DNA of 56,802 nucleotides from Synechococcus sp. (GCA_051439605.1 JBFRWN010000062.1:1-56802), one strand, 5' to 3'; counted from the stretch's first letter, positions 9,434-19,598 are shown. The notes: generated by a model not told the origin, from the letters alone. Program-made: numbers and translations.

Positions 9434-11188
9434 ATGACTTCTCAGTCGTCAGAATTCAACTTCCATACTGTGGAGGCAGCGCTTGAGGATCTCAAAGCGG
9501 GTCGCTGCATTGTGGTGGTGGATGACGAGAATCGGGAAAACGAAGGGGATCTGATTTGTGCAGCCCAATTTGCCACCCCCGATGCCATCAACTTCATGGC
9601 CGTCCACGGACGCGGTCTCATCTGCCTAGCCATGGAGGGGGAACGGCTAGATCAGCTCAAAATCCCCATGATGGTGGAGCAAAATACCGACAGCAACCAA
9701 ACTGCATTCACAGTCAGTATTGACGCAGCCCCCCATCTCGGCGTGTCCACTGGCATTTCCGCAGGCGATCGATCCCGCACCATCCAGGCAGCAATTCAAC
9801 CCCACACGAAACCTGAGGATTTACGCCGCCCCGGCCATATCTTCCCCTTACGCACTCGGGAAGGGGGAGTGCTCAAGCGAGCTGGTCACACCGAAGCCAG
9901 CGTGGATTTAGCGCGTCTAGCAGGCCTGTACCCTGCAGCCGTCATTTGCGAAATTCAAAATGCCGACGGCTCCATGTCCCGTCTTCCTGACCTGTTTGCC
10001 TACAGTGAAGAACACAACCTCACCATCATTACAATCGCCGAGCTAATTTCCTACAGACTGCAAAACGAACGCTTTGTAGAGCGAGAATCCGTCGCGCAAC
10101 TGCCCACCGAGTTCGGCCAATTTCAAATTTACGGCTACCGCGACAAGCTGAATAATTCCGAGCACGTCGCCATTGTGAAAGGAAACCCCTCAGATTTTCC
10201 CGACACCGATGTCCTTGTGCGGGTGCATTCCGAATGCCTGACTGGGGATGCTTTGGGTTCCGTGCGCTGTGACTGTCGCCGCCAGCTGAATACTGCCCTC
10301 AAGATGCTAGAGCACCAGGGGCAAGGGGTGGTGGTTTACCTGCGACAGGAGGGACGCGGCATCGGCTTGATCAACAAGTTAAAGGCCTATTCGCTTCAGG
10401 ATATGGGCCTCGACACCGTTGAGGCCAACGAACGATTGGGATTTGCCGCCGACCTACGCAATTATGGCGTGGGGGCTCAAATCCTCAACGATCTGGGTGT
10501 CCACAATATGCGGCTGATTACCAATAACCCCCGTAAAATTGCTGGTCTCAAAGGGTTCGGTCTAGAGGTGGTCGATCGCGTCCCCCTGATTGTTGAGGCG
10601 GACGACTTTAGCGCCCGTTACCTGGCCACCAAAGCAGAGAAACTGGGTCATCTGCTGCTGCAAACTCGACTGCTCACCATTGCTCTGTATCCAGCAGCAG
10701 ACGCCAAACAAACCTGGTCCTCTCGCGAGCGGGCAGAATGGCTAGAAACATTGCGGAACATGGCCCAGCCCCATTCCTTACTCGTGCAAGCCGACCGCCG
10801 TCCAATCGCCAGCGCTGTCTTTGCTGGTGCTACCCTAGTCGCCCACATTGGCCTTGCAGATAAGGTCCCTGCCGTTCATTGGTACGACTCAAACGAAAAC
10901 GAGACCCTGCATGGACTCCGACAGGCGTTGTTCGATCTGCTGCTAGCAGTTGGGGACGATCGGCAGCTGGGGGCCATCGATTGGATGGTGTCCTCTGGCC
11001 GCGATGCGCTGGCAAACCTACAGGAAGATTGGCCAGAGCAGCAGTACGACCTGGAAGGCCTGAAGGGGGCAGTGTCCGAACGGGAAATCGACTGGAGCGA
11101 ACGGGTGGTCTATCACCTGACATGCCCCAACGCCTCCAAAAATAGCTCCGAGATACCCACCACCTCTGCAGCGCAATTAACCGCATAA
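9434..11188 (+). CDS. ribBA: Bifunctional DHBP synthase / GTP cyclohydrolase II with cyanobacterial C-terminal extension
   Basis: DDENRENEGDL, RAGHTEA, RVHSECLTGD, CDC, QEGRGIG; start set at ATG 9434. Confidence 0.96.
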   Translation: MTSQSSEFNFHTVEAALEDLKAGRCIVVVDDENRENEGDLICAAQFATPDAINFMAVHGRGLICLAMEGERLDQLKIPMMVEQNTDSNQTAFTVSIDAAPHLGVSTGISAGDRSRTIQAAIQPHTKPEDLRRPGHIFPLRTREGGVLKRAGHTEASVDLARLAGLYPAAVICEIQNADGSMSRLPDLFAYSEEHNLTIITIAELISYRLQNERFVERESVAQLPTEFGQFQIYGYRDKLNNSEHVAIVKGNPSDFPDTDVLVRVHSECLTGDALGSVRCDCRRQLNTALKMLEHQGQGVVVYLRQEGRGIGLINKLKAYSLQDMGLDTVEANERLGFAADLRNYGVGAQILNDLGVHNMRLITNNPRKIAGLKGFGLEVVDRVPLIVEADDFSARYLATKAEKLGHLLLQTRLLTIALYPAADAKQTWSSRERAEWLETLRNMAQPHSLLVQADRRPIASAVFAGATLVAHIGLADKVPAVHWYDSNENETLHGLRQALFDLLLAVGDDRQLGAIDWMVSSGRDALANLQEDWPEQQYDLEGLKGAVSEREIDWSERVVYHLTCPNASKNSSEIPTTSAAQLTA

Positions 11189-11225
11189 GAGCTCGCGGAG
11201 CGCTCGCGGCAGGTGCTACTAAGCC

Positions 11226-11645
11226 CTACATCGACCAGCTCAGCCATCCCACCAAAATCAAGCAGAGTACAACCGTAACTCCCATCGCAAACAATGCAAA
11301 GTGCTCTGAATCAGACAGTGGACGACGGGTTACGTCATAAGAGGCTTCAGTTGCCAAAGGCCCAGCACCACCCGAGCCAGATGTCGGCCCTGCCTGAGTT
11401 TGGAGCGTTACGATGGGGATGGAACCAAACCCACTGCGACCATCGTAGAGGGCTCTCTGAGTGGGGTTACTCAACACGATATAGGCTTCGTTGAGCTTCT
11501 CAAAACGCTGTCGAGCCAACTCTGGAGTCAGCGAAGACGTGTCGGGATGATAGCGCTTGCTCAGCTCTCGATAGGCTCTGCGAATTTCCTTGAGAGACGC
11601 CCATGTGGGCACCCCTAAATAGTCGTAGTAGCTAGGGTTTGGCAT
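11226..11645 (-). CDS. Small J-domain protein with C-terminal TM helix
   Basis: YYDYLGV...AYRELSKRYHPD; hydrophobic C-terminus. Confidence 0.9.
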   Translation of the reverse strand: MPNPSYYDYLGVPTWASLKEIRRAYRELSKRYHPDTSSLTPELARQRFEKLNEAYIVLSNPTQRALYDGRSGFGSIPIVTLQTQAGPTSGSGGAGPLATEASYDVTRRPLSDSEHFALFAMGVTVVLCLILVGWLSWSM

Positions 11646-11818
11646 CTCTGGAGCAATTCTAAATGCGACATCTCGCTCGAAAAAAAACAGGCGATACGCT
11701 TTTTTAGTGCTGCTTTAGGTTACCTCAAACAAAACGGACGGCCAGTAACCGCCCGCACAAAGTTCTCAGGCTGAGAATTCTTTTGGCAAGAAAACCCTTC
11801 TGAAGAAGCCGTAGCGGG

Positions 11819-12007
11819 CTACTCTTCGTCTTCGGTTTCTGATTCTGTCGTGTCAGCCGCCGGATAGTAAAAGCCGGTATTTTTCCCAGACAGCAGGGAC
11901 TTACCAATCGACAACGCTTTTTGAGCCTGCAAGTCTGCCTTGCGGTTCCAGGTGGCAAAGCGGCTGCGGCCTTTGCGCTTGGATGTTTTCTTCTTAGGAA
12001 CTGCCAT
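11819..12007 (-). CDS. rpmF: 50S ribosomal protein L32
   Basis: MAVPKKKTSK N-terminus. Confidence 0.96.
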   Translation of the reverse strand: MAVPKKKTSKRKGRSRFATWNRKADLQAQKALSIGKSLLSGKNTGFYYPAADTTESETEDEE

Positions 12008-12284
12008 CGTTCGCGATCTCTTTTTTCTATTTTCAGAGCCTTGCTAGTCTAGCAAGAAATCTGCTCGATCGATGATTCCCCGCACAGCTCCACCGGCAAT
12101 CCCCGGCCCTCTACATTCTTTAAGGTTGTTGGTAGGCGGGATGAATGGCTTTCGCAGCATTGATATCTTAGCTCTAGAGCATCAGTTATCTTGGCTCTGA
12201 AGCATCAGTTTGTCGGCACGGTTCGTAACCACGACTCGCTGACGATTATCCGATCGAGATGTTTAACTATGTTCTGGAGGCACA

Positions 12285-12611
12285 ATGCTGCTATCAACAA
12301 CGGATATCTTGCATGGTGTCGAGGTGGAAGAATACATCGGAGTGGTAACAGCAGAAGTGGTGTACGGCTCCAATGCCATTCGCGATTGGTTTGCAGGGAT
12401 TCGCGATGTCATCGGTGGACGTACTGGCAGCTACGAACGCCTATTCGAAAAAGGACATATCAAAGCATTTGAGGAATTAGAGCAGCGTGCCAAGCGGAAA
12501 GGGGCAGATGCTGTCATCGGCATCTCTGCCACCACCGGAACCATCAATATTGACGAACATGGCGTTCTATTGCTGATTACTGCCACCGGAACTGCTGTTA
12601 AACTTCGCTAG
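12285..12611 (+). CDS. YbjQ/UPF0145 family protein
   Basis: IRDVIGGRTGSYE, GADAVIG, TATGTAVKL; RBS GGAGG. Confidence 0.92.
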   Translation: MLLSTTDILHGVEVEEYIGVVTAEVVYGSNAIRDWFAGIRDVIGGRTGSYERLFEKGHIKAFEELEQRAKRKGADAVIGISATTGTINIDEHGVLLLITATGTAVKLR

Positions 12612-12841
12612 TCAACCCAAGCGATATCTAGGTGCTAGCTGTTTGCGAACTAGCGGTGGGTAATTCAGTGGGAAACTCGCCCTTGTTCGATCGCGGCGAT
12701 CGCTCCTCTGACATGTCCCCAGACCGGAACTACGATCGCTGTCTACAGAAGGCTTGACTTCATAAGATTTCCATTACAGTTTGGGAAGATTACCCCAGGG
12801 TCACAGACACTATTTGCAACTGCTACAAGAGGAGTTACCCA

Positions 12842-13576
12842 ATGCTGGTGTTATGCGTGGATATCGGTGGCAGCCACATCAAAGGGGCGCTGGTGAATCC
12901 TCAGCAGGACATGGTTAGCGATCGCCTGAGGGGACCGACTCCTCGCCCCGCGCAACCGGCTCCGATTCTGGCGGCGATCGCGGAACTCGTGCAGCCGTTA
13001 CAGGACTACCAGTTTGTCTCCGTAGGATTCCCTGGAGTGGTGGTGGAGGGTGTCGTCCATTCAGCTGTCAATTTACATCCCGACTGGGTGGGATTCCCGC
13101 TGGTGAAAACACTGGCGGAACAGCTTGACATGCCGACCAAAGTGGCCAACGACGCAGATATTCAAGGATATGGCGTCATCGAAGGAAAAGGGGTGGAGCT
13201 AGTCCTGACGTTGGGAACGGGGTTTGGTTCAGCCCTGTTTGTGGATGGTGTGCTAGTTCCCAATCTAGAAATGGGCCACCACCCCTTCCGCAAGAACAAC
13301 ACCTATGAGGAACAGTTGGGGAACGCAGCCCGCAAAAAAGTGGGTAACAAAGCCTGGAACCGACGCCTCCAAACAGCGATCGCTAACCTTCAGAATCTGT
13401 TCTCCTGTCGCAAGATGTACATTGGCGGGGGCAATGCCAAAAAAGTATCGTTCCAACTGCCCAGCAACGTTGAGCTGGCAAATAATCGGGCCGGAATCTA
13501 CGGTGGGGTGGCTCTATGGCAGGACCGTTTGGGCGCAACCGGGCCACTCACTCCGGTCCCTGTTGAGGTTGCTTGA
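12842..13576 (+). CDS. ppgK: ROK-family polyphosphate glucokinase-like protein
   Basis: DIGGSHIKG, VGFPGVV, NDAD, LTLGTGFGSALF, PNLEMGH, YIGGG; lacks the ROK Zn-Cys motif, as PpgK does; RBS GAGGAG. Confidence 0.8.
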   Translation: MLVLCVDIGGSHIKGALVNPQQDMVSDRLRGPTPRPAQPAPILAAIAELVQPLQDYQFVSVGFPGVVVEGVVHSAVNLHPDWVGFPLVKTLAEQLDMPTKVANDADIQGYGVIEGKGVELVLTLGTGFGSALFVDGVLVPNLEMGHHPFRKNNTYEEQLGNAARKKVGNKAWNRRLQTAIANLQNLFSCRKMYIGGGNAKKVSFQLPSNVELANNRAGIYGGVALWQDRLGATGPLTPVPVEVA

Positions 13577-13770
13577 TTCCCCTCGATCGCTTGAAATAGA
13601 AATTGTGTAAGGAAACGCTCGCCTTCCGATTGAAAGGAGTGGACAGCGAGTCAAATAAACAAAGCGCCCTACTCCCAACCAACTGTTTCGGACGATGAAA
13701 GGTCCTCAACCCCTTGACGGTTTTCATCGCAGATCGAGGGTTACTGACAATCCCACCTAAAATATCCAAC

Positions 13771-14700
13771 ATGGAGACCCCTCAGCCGATCGTGTTCATA
13801 GCCGGCCTGTCTGGTGCTGGAAAAAAATCGGCCCTCTCTTATCTTGAGGGCTTGAGTTACTTTTGCATGGACTCTGTTCTGCCTCACATGAGCATCGCCG
13901 TGTTAGCGGAATTGACCATGCACTATCCCCGCGTGGCGATCGCCTTAGAACTTACTCGCATGGAGTTTGTGGCTGAATTCGATCGGTTGCTCGACGAACT
14001 ACTGGACCCAAAAATCCCGATTGTCTTTTTGGAGGCGGCAGATGATGTACTGGTGCAGCGGCTGAGTGCAGATCGTGCCAGACACCCCTTGCAAGATCGC
14101 AGTCATTCCTTACTGGATGCCATTCAGCTCGAACGGCAAATGCTGGCGCCAGTACGCTTGCGCAGCACTCACACCTTAAATACGGGGGTGAATTCTGCAC
14201 AGCAGTTGCGCATTTGCCTAGAAAAAATCGTCTTTAAGAACCAACGTCCTCCGTTAGCCGTCTCCCTGACAAGTTTTGGGTTTAAATACGGCTTACCTAC
14301 GGATGCCAATCTCGTTTTTGATGTTCGTTTTCTGCCCAATCCCTATTACATCTCCACCTTGCGACCTCTAACGGGGAAAGACAGCCCCATTCAAGACTTC
14401 TTATTCCAACAGTCCATCACTCAGACCACCTATCATCAGATTTTGAATACCCTCACCCATTTTCTTCCGCTCTACGCTGAAGAGCGACGACCTCTGGTCC
14501 AGCTGGCGATCGGCTGCACGGGAGGTCAGCATCGGTCGGTGGCATTTGTGGAGCGCTTAGCCACAGATCTCCAACACATGTTGTCAACTGCTACCTACCG
14601 AATCCAAGTTCAGCATCGCCACCTCGAACGCTCGCAGGCGGAAATCGCCTTGCAGGCCTCAAGTCCTAGTCAGGGAGACCCCAGCAGTGCCCAATCGTAG
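13771..14700 (+). CDS. rapZ: RNase adapter RapZ/YvcJ family protein
   Basis: [34 protein letters not shown]; start set at ATG 13771. Confidence 0.92.
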   Translation: METPQPIVFIAGLSGAGKKSALSYLEGLSYFCMDSVLPHMSIAVLAELTMHYPRVAIALELTRMEFVAEFDRLLDELLDPKIPIVFLEAADDVLVQRLSADRARHPLQDRSHSLLDAIQLERQMLAPVRLRSTHTLNTGVNSAQQLRICLEKIVFKNQRPPLAVSLTSFGFKYGLPTDANLVFDVRFLPNPYYISTLRPLTGKDSPIQDFLFQQSITQTTYHQILNTLTHFLPLYAEERRPLVQLAIGCTGGQHRSVAFVERLATDLQHMLSTATYRIQVQHRHLERSQAEIALQASSPSQGDPSSAQS

Positions 14701-16003
14701 ATTGCGTCAGTCATTTAAGTGGCTGTACCCGGGCCTATCGGTGAAGCGCTGGCTATCGCTCGCATCGCTGGGATTAGTACTGGCGTTGCTAGGTCTCGCC
14801 ATTTGGGTGGATTTATCTCCCGTTTTTCGGCTGCAACAAGCCATCGGAGCGGTATTGCGAGCGATGACCCGATTGGTTCCCAATCAGATTAGCGGCCCGC
14901 TGGTTCTGTTGATGGGTTTGGGGTTAGTGGTCATGGGGTTGCGGCGTACGGTGGGCTCCATCACAGAAGTCTTGATTCCAGAAGGGGACGAAGAAGAACT
15001 CGTTGACAAGCTGATCGCGAACAAGCGTCTCAGTCGCGGCCCCAAGATTGTAGTGGTGGGGGGAGGCACCGGCTTATCAACTCTATTGCGGGGCCTGAAA
15101 AGCTATAGCGGCAATATTACGGCTGTGGTGACGGTGGCCGATGATGGGGGGTCATCTGGACGGCTGCGGCGGGAGGTGGGGGTGTTGCCCCCCGGAGATA
15201 TCCGCAATTGTTTGACGGCTTTAGCCAGCGAAGAAAAACTGCTGACAGAGTTATTTCAGTACCGCTTCAACGTGGGGGAAGGGTTGTCGGGCCATAGTTT
15301 TGGCAATTTGTTCATCACAGCCCTTTCGGAGGTGACGGAAAAAGATCTGCTGCGGGCGATCGCCGCCACTTCACAAGTTCTGGCCATCCGTGGCCAGGTA
15401 CTGCCCTCCACGCTAGAGGATGTGACGCTGTGGGCAGAAATGTCAGACGGTCGCTGGGTGGAGGGGGAATCCAAAATCGCCAAAGCCCAAGGGCAGGTGA
15501 TTCGTGTGGGTTGTAAGCCGCCGCAGCCCCCTGCCACTCACGAAGCTATCGAGGCCATAGAAGCCGCCGACTTTATTATTTTGGGGCCGGGAAGCTTGTA
15601 TACCAGCGTGATTCCAAACTTGTTGGTGCCCGAGATTGTTGAGGCGATCGCCCGCAACCAAGCCCCCCATATTTACGTGTGCAATATCATGACCGAGCCC
15701 GGGGAAACCACGGGATATTCTGTCGGCGACCATGTGGTGGCGATCGATAAAGTGGCTGGGGAACGGTTATTCGATGGGGTGCTGGTGCAAAAGTATCCCC
15801 CCTCAAAACGGACACAGGAACGATACCGCACGCTCCAATCGGAGTTTGTGCACCTCAATCCCGAGCAGATGGCATACCTAAACTGCAGAGCTGTTTTGGC
15901 GAAAGTGATGCGGGAAGATTCCGAGTCGGGTTTGGTTCGACATGATTCCGACCGGCTTGCGGCTATGTTGATGCGCTGGTTTGAGCGACATCGAGATGAT
16001 TGA
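14687..16003 (+). CDS. yvcK: YvcK/GlmR (CofD-like, UDP-GlcNAc-binding) protein with N-terminal TM helices
   Basis: [42 protein letters not shown]; overlaps the rapZ stop by 14 nt. Confidence 0.92.
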   Translation: MPNRRLRQSFKWLYPGLSVKRWLSLASLGLVLALLGLAIWVDLSPVFRLQQAIGAVLRAMTRLVPNQISGPLVLLMGLGLVVMGLRRTVGSITEVLIPEGDEEELVDKLIANKRLSRGPKIVVVGGGTGLSTLLRGLKSYSGNITAVVTVADDGGSSGRLRREVGVLPPGDIRNCLTALASEEKLLTELFQYRFNVGEGLSGHSFGNLFITALSEVTEKDLLRAIAATSQVLAIRGQVLPSTLEDVTLWAEMSDGRWVEGESKIAKAQGQVIRVGCKPPQPPATHEAIEAIEAADFIILGPGSLYTSVIPNLLVPEIVEAIARNQAPHIYVCNIMTEPGETTGYSVGDHVVAIDKVAGERLFDGVLVQKYPPSKRTQERYRTLQSEFVHLNPEQMAYLNCRAVLAKVMREDSESGLVRHDSDRLAAMLMRWFERHRDD

Positions 16004-16070
16004 TGGCGACACCGACAACCCATCTAGCGAGTCAATCTCTGGCATGCTTGGAAACCTCTAGAGTTAACCA

Positions 16071-16709
16071 GTGAGTGAGCTGGCTCACTATACTGTTAAT
16101 ACAGAACTTCTCAATTCAGGATTCTGCTCTGTCCCTATGGTTGCCGTTCTTCTCCCCCTCATTCCTTTAGGCGTTTTGCTGTCCACCAAAGGACTGATGT
16201 TTTTGCTGTTATCCGCTTACGGCGGAGCCATGTGGACATTTCTGAGCGGTGCTCCCCGGGTTTATACCTTCATGGTGCCGGACTTAGACGAAGCCAAACG
16301 GTTTTACGAGCAGTACCTACAACTTCCTGAAGCGGAGCTCCCTCTGCACTACTATTACGGCTACGAACAAACCACGGGAAGTTTTGACCCCATGTACTAT
16401 CAGGGGGATTTCGGTGGCGGCTATAACTACTCCCCCAGCATGGGGGGCACTGCCACAGCTGATTCTCCAGGTTTGTGGTACCAACTGACTGACAATTCGC
16501 AAGTCCATGTGATTCTGGGAGCACCTGACACGGGGGCCTATTCCAACCGTCGTCGCCACACTAGCTTCGATCGCGACGGCCTCAAGGCTTTACATCAATA
16601 CCTTAAAAAGAACAAAATCCCTCACACCATCCGTTCGGAAAAACCCATGGTGTTCCTAGTCCGCGATCGTGCCGGTCAAGTGGTGGAACTAGCAGAAATC
16701 GACGACTAG
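16071..16709 (+). CDS. Glyoxalase/VOC-fold protein with N-terminal hydrophobic segment (start may be ATG 16137)
   Basis: TFMVPDLDEAKRFYEQYL, RHTSF, LVRDRAGQVVELAE. Confidence 0.75.
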   Translation: MSELAHYTVNTELLNSGFCSVPMVAVLLPLIPLGVLLSTKGLMFLLLSAYGGAMWTFLSGAPRVYTFMVPDLDEAKRFYEQYLQLPEAELPLHYYYGYEQTTGSFDPMYYQGDFGGGYNYSPSMGGTATADSPGLWYQLTDNSQVHVILGAPDTGAYSNRRRHTSFDRDGLKALHQYLKKNKIPHTIRSEKPMVFLVRDRAGQVVELAEIDD

Positions 16710-16723
16710 GGCGGTCGTTAGTT

Positions 16724-18139
16724 ATGACTTGTCACGGTTCTCTTGCCGACTTGGCCCGGCAATTGAATGTCCCCCTCACAGACGCCCTTACTGCCAAGAA
16801 ATTCTCAGGCATCTGCACGGATACCCGTCAACTGTGCCCCGGCAATGTTTTTGTTGCCCTCAGTGGCGAGCAGTTTGACGGCCACGATTACGTAGAGCAG
16901 GCCCTGCAATCAGGGGCTATAGCAGCGGTGGTCTCGAGGGAGATTCAGGCATGTGCTGGTATACAGTTGGCAGTGCAGGATACCCTGTTGGCCTATCAGG
17001 CGATCGCTCGCTGGTGGAGGGCCCAGTTTTCCATCCCTGTCATCGCCATTACCGGTTCTGCGGGGAAAACCAGCACCAAGGAGATGTTGGCAGCTGCCCT
17101 AGAACGTTATGGCACCGTATTAAAAACCGAGAGAAATTACAACAATGACATCGGAGTTCCCCTCACCCTTCTGCAGATGAATCGGTTCCACGATTTTGCC
17201 GTTATCGAAATGGCAATGCGGGGACCGGGGGAGATCGCCAGGCTGGGGCGAACTGCTGCCCCCACCCACGGCATCATCTTGAATGTTGGTAGCGCTCATA
17301 TTGGTCGATTGGGGTCTCGGCAGGCAATCGCCCAGGCAAAATGCGAGTTACTCGAACAACTGGATCGAGAAACCGGTGTTGCCATTTTGAATGGTGAGGA
17401 TGAGCTGCTACTAGAAACCGCCGCGACGGTCTGGTCGGGTACCGTCCTACCCTTTGGTTTTGACCTTCCAGAGGCGGTGCAGGTCAAGAAAAATAGTGTC
17501 TGGCAAGCGAGCCCTCCAACTATCTTGCGCGGCAATCGCTCGCTTCCCATCCCCCTCCCAGGACGCCACCAAGGGCTGAATTATGCTGCAGTACTAGAAC
17601 TGATCGACAATCTGAATCTAGATTTGTCTGCTCTCGAATCGGGTATCGTCCTCTCAGCTGATGGCCAGGGGCGGAATCAACGGCACATCATGCCCGATCG
17701 GGTCGAAATTTTAGATGAAACTTACAACGCAGCTCCAGAAGCAATGATTGCGGCTCTACAGGTGCTGTGTGCATCTGGGAGCAATCGCTACTGGGCTGTA
17801 CTGGGACCTATGCGAGAGCTGGGAAGTGCTGCGGATGACTTGTATGCAGAGGTGGGGCAGATGGCCGCCACACTTGCCGATCGAGGCTTAAGGCTTTGTC
17901 TGTTCGATCCAAAGGGGGAAATGCATGCCCTAGCAGAGCAGGTTCAGACCGAACGAATTCATTGTTTTTCTCAACGCAGCGAACTGGCTCGTTGGCTCTG
18001 TAAAGCAGTCGAGCCTGGAGATCGCCTGTTATTCAAGGGGGCACGGTCAACCGAGATGGAACGAGTCATGCAGCAGTTCATTCAATTCCGCTATCCGAGC
18101 GGGGTTGCCGATTCTGCCACAAGCCACCCAGAAAATTAG
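16724..18139 (+). CDS. murF: UDP-MurNAc-tripeptide D-Ala-D-Ala ligase
   Basis: DGHDY, ITGSAGKTSTKE, NYNNDIGVP, DETYNA, KGAR. Confidence 0.95.
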   Translation: MTCHGSLADLARQLNVPLTDALTAKKFSGICTDTRQLCPGNVFVALSGEQFDGHDYVEQALQSGAIAAVVSREIQACAGIQLAVQDTLLAYQAIARWWRAQFSIPVIAITGSAGKTSTKEMLAAALERYGTVLKTERNYNNDIGVPLTLLQMNRFHDFAVIEMAMRGPGEIARLGRTAAPTHGIILNVGSAHIGRLGSRQAIAQAKCELLEQLDRETGVAILNGEDELLLETAATVWSGTVLPFGFDLPEAVQVKKNSVWQASPPTILRGNRSLPIPLPGRHQGLNYAAVLELIDNLNLDLSALESGIVLSADGQGRNQRHIMPDRVEILDETYNAAPEAMIAALQVLCASGSNRYWAVLGPMRELGSAADDLYAEVGQMAATLADRGLRLCLFDPKGEMHALAEQVQTERIHCFSQRSELARWLCKAVEPGDRLLFKGARSTEMERVMQQFIQFRYPSGVADSATSHPEN

Positions 18140-18257
18140 CAATACGTAACGCTACTACTCTAAAAATTAAGAGTTGCAACAGAGATTAGAGGCTAATTCC
18201 TTACTGACGTATGGTGAGGCACATAAGCATGACTTGGCTTTTATAAGGAGCATTTGA

Positions 18258-18563
18258 ATGCATTTTGCTGCTGCGGTATCCCTGTCTGAGGGGTGGACTA
18301 CGAGCATTGGCTTCGTAATGATTGCATGCAATGTTTTTGCAATTTTTCTGTGGAAATCTGTTGTGCCCTTGATCAATTCTTGGTTGGGTAATCTGGGCTA
18401 CGAATCGCGTGCCGCATACTCTGTACCCGCGGGTAAAGAGGGATTTACATTTAATTTCGGCCTAGTTGAGCTGAGCGCTCCCGAACTGTTGGCTGCCACC
18501 AGCCTCGGCCATGTTTTCGGAGCTGCAACCATCCTGGGTCTTGCTCAGCTTGGTGCTCTCTAA
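18258..18563 (+). CDS. psaK: Photosystem I subunit K
   Basis: VMIACNVFAI first helix; PELLAATSLGHVFGAATILGL second helix; RBS AAGGAG. Confidence 0.88.
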   Translation: MHFAAAVSLSEGWTTSIGFVMIACNVFAIFLWKSVVPLINSWLGNLGYESRAAYSVPAGKEGFTFNFGLVELSAPELLAATSLGHVFGAATILGLAQLGAL

Positions 18564-18601
18564 AGGTTTGCAGTGACTCTGTTGGTTTCTGGTTAGTCAT
18601 T

Positions 18602-18630
18602 AGCTCCCCCGAAAGGGGGAGTTTTTTTTT
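18602..18630 (+). terminator. Intrinsic terminator after psaK
   Basis: agctccccc-gaaa-gggggagtt followed by a T run. Confidence 0.9.
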
Positions 18631-18744
18631 CAATTCTCGAGAGAAAAACCTGAAATTCCAGTGGGCAATCGTCTTTCTCTCTCGCAATCGAACCTGTTGT
18701 ACTGGAACCTGTTGATTGTCAGTAATTGATAGCTAGGCGGTGCC

Positions 18745-18885
18745 TCACCGGCGGTAATAGGCAGAGGCAGACAGAATGGACTGCCACAATGGATGGCCAG
18801 TGGAGGTGTCTTCGCTGCTATCCACAAACCGCTGGCTAACGATTAGGGCGACCATCAGCAAAACTAAAAGGATCGTATCTCGCAT
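18745..18885 (-). CDS. Putative 46-aa small membrane or secreted protein
   Basis: Manual translation MRDTILLVLLMVALIVSQRFVDSSEDTSTGHPLWQSILSASAYYRR. Confidence 0.4.
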   Translation of the reverse strand: MRDTILLVLLMVALIVSQRFVDSSEDTSTGHPLWQSILSASAYYRR

Positions 18886-19179
18886 CTGTGGTCAATCCAA
18901 AGTTGATACCAATACGGTAAGGCGATTGCCGATGGCAGCCAGCGATCGCGATCGCACCTATCCCATGCCCCCACCAGTCCCCCCCAAACCCCCACCGCTC
19001 GAATCCATGCAGCGAAGCTAAGAAGAAGTTTGTTCACCAGCCAATTGGCCTCTGAATGAAGGTTTTCAGAGTTCTATAGATTTCGGCATCTCAGTTTGGA
19101 CAAATAGATTAAAACCCAGTCAGGCTTCTGGATAGCTGAGAGGGTCTAGGCAACTTGACTGTTGAGGCTATACAAACAA

Positions 19180-19561
19180 CCCACATTCCGCAGGTTCAGG
19201 AGCAAAACCCAATATTTTTAAATCCCTTGTAAATAAAGGGTTTCAGCCATTTCGGCTCAAATCCAGCGGCAACCTTATTTCCACACTTTTGGTAATTAGA
19301 CAACAATTGGACTGGATTCTGGTCTTGAGGGATAGCCAACTTCTAGCGAAGAATGATTCATTGGACCCCTAGCTGGACTTGCAAACAGTACCACAGTCTG
19401 TCGACACACTTGAGGCCTTGAGACGTTGAAGGCATTACCCACCGGTGCCTACAAGGTTTTTTGGAGGCGATCAAGGAAAATGGTAAAATCCTTACAGGGT
19501 AAGGTTTTTATCTTCAATTCAATAAATTCCAAAGTCTCAATTTCAACCTGCGGAATGTAGG
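19180..19561. mobile_element. MITE / non-autonomous IS with IS1634-like ends
   Basis: Left IR cccacattccgcaggtt (19180-19196) vs right IR reverse complement cctacattccgcaggtt (19545-19561), 16/17; direct repeat aaacaa at 19174-19179 and 19562-19567; no long ORF. Confidence 0.85.
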
Positions 19562-19598
19562 AAACAACTCAGTACCCGTAGGAATAAACAGCCGGATA

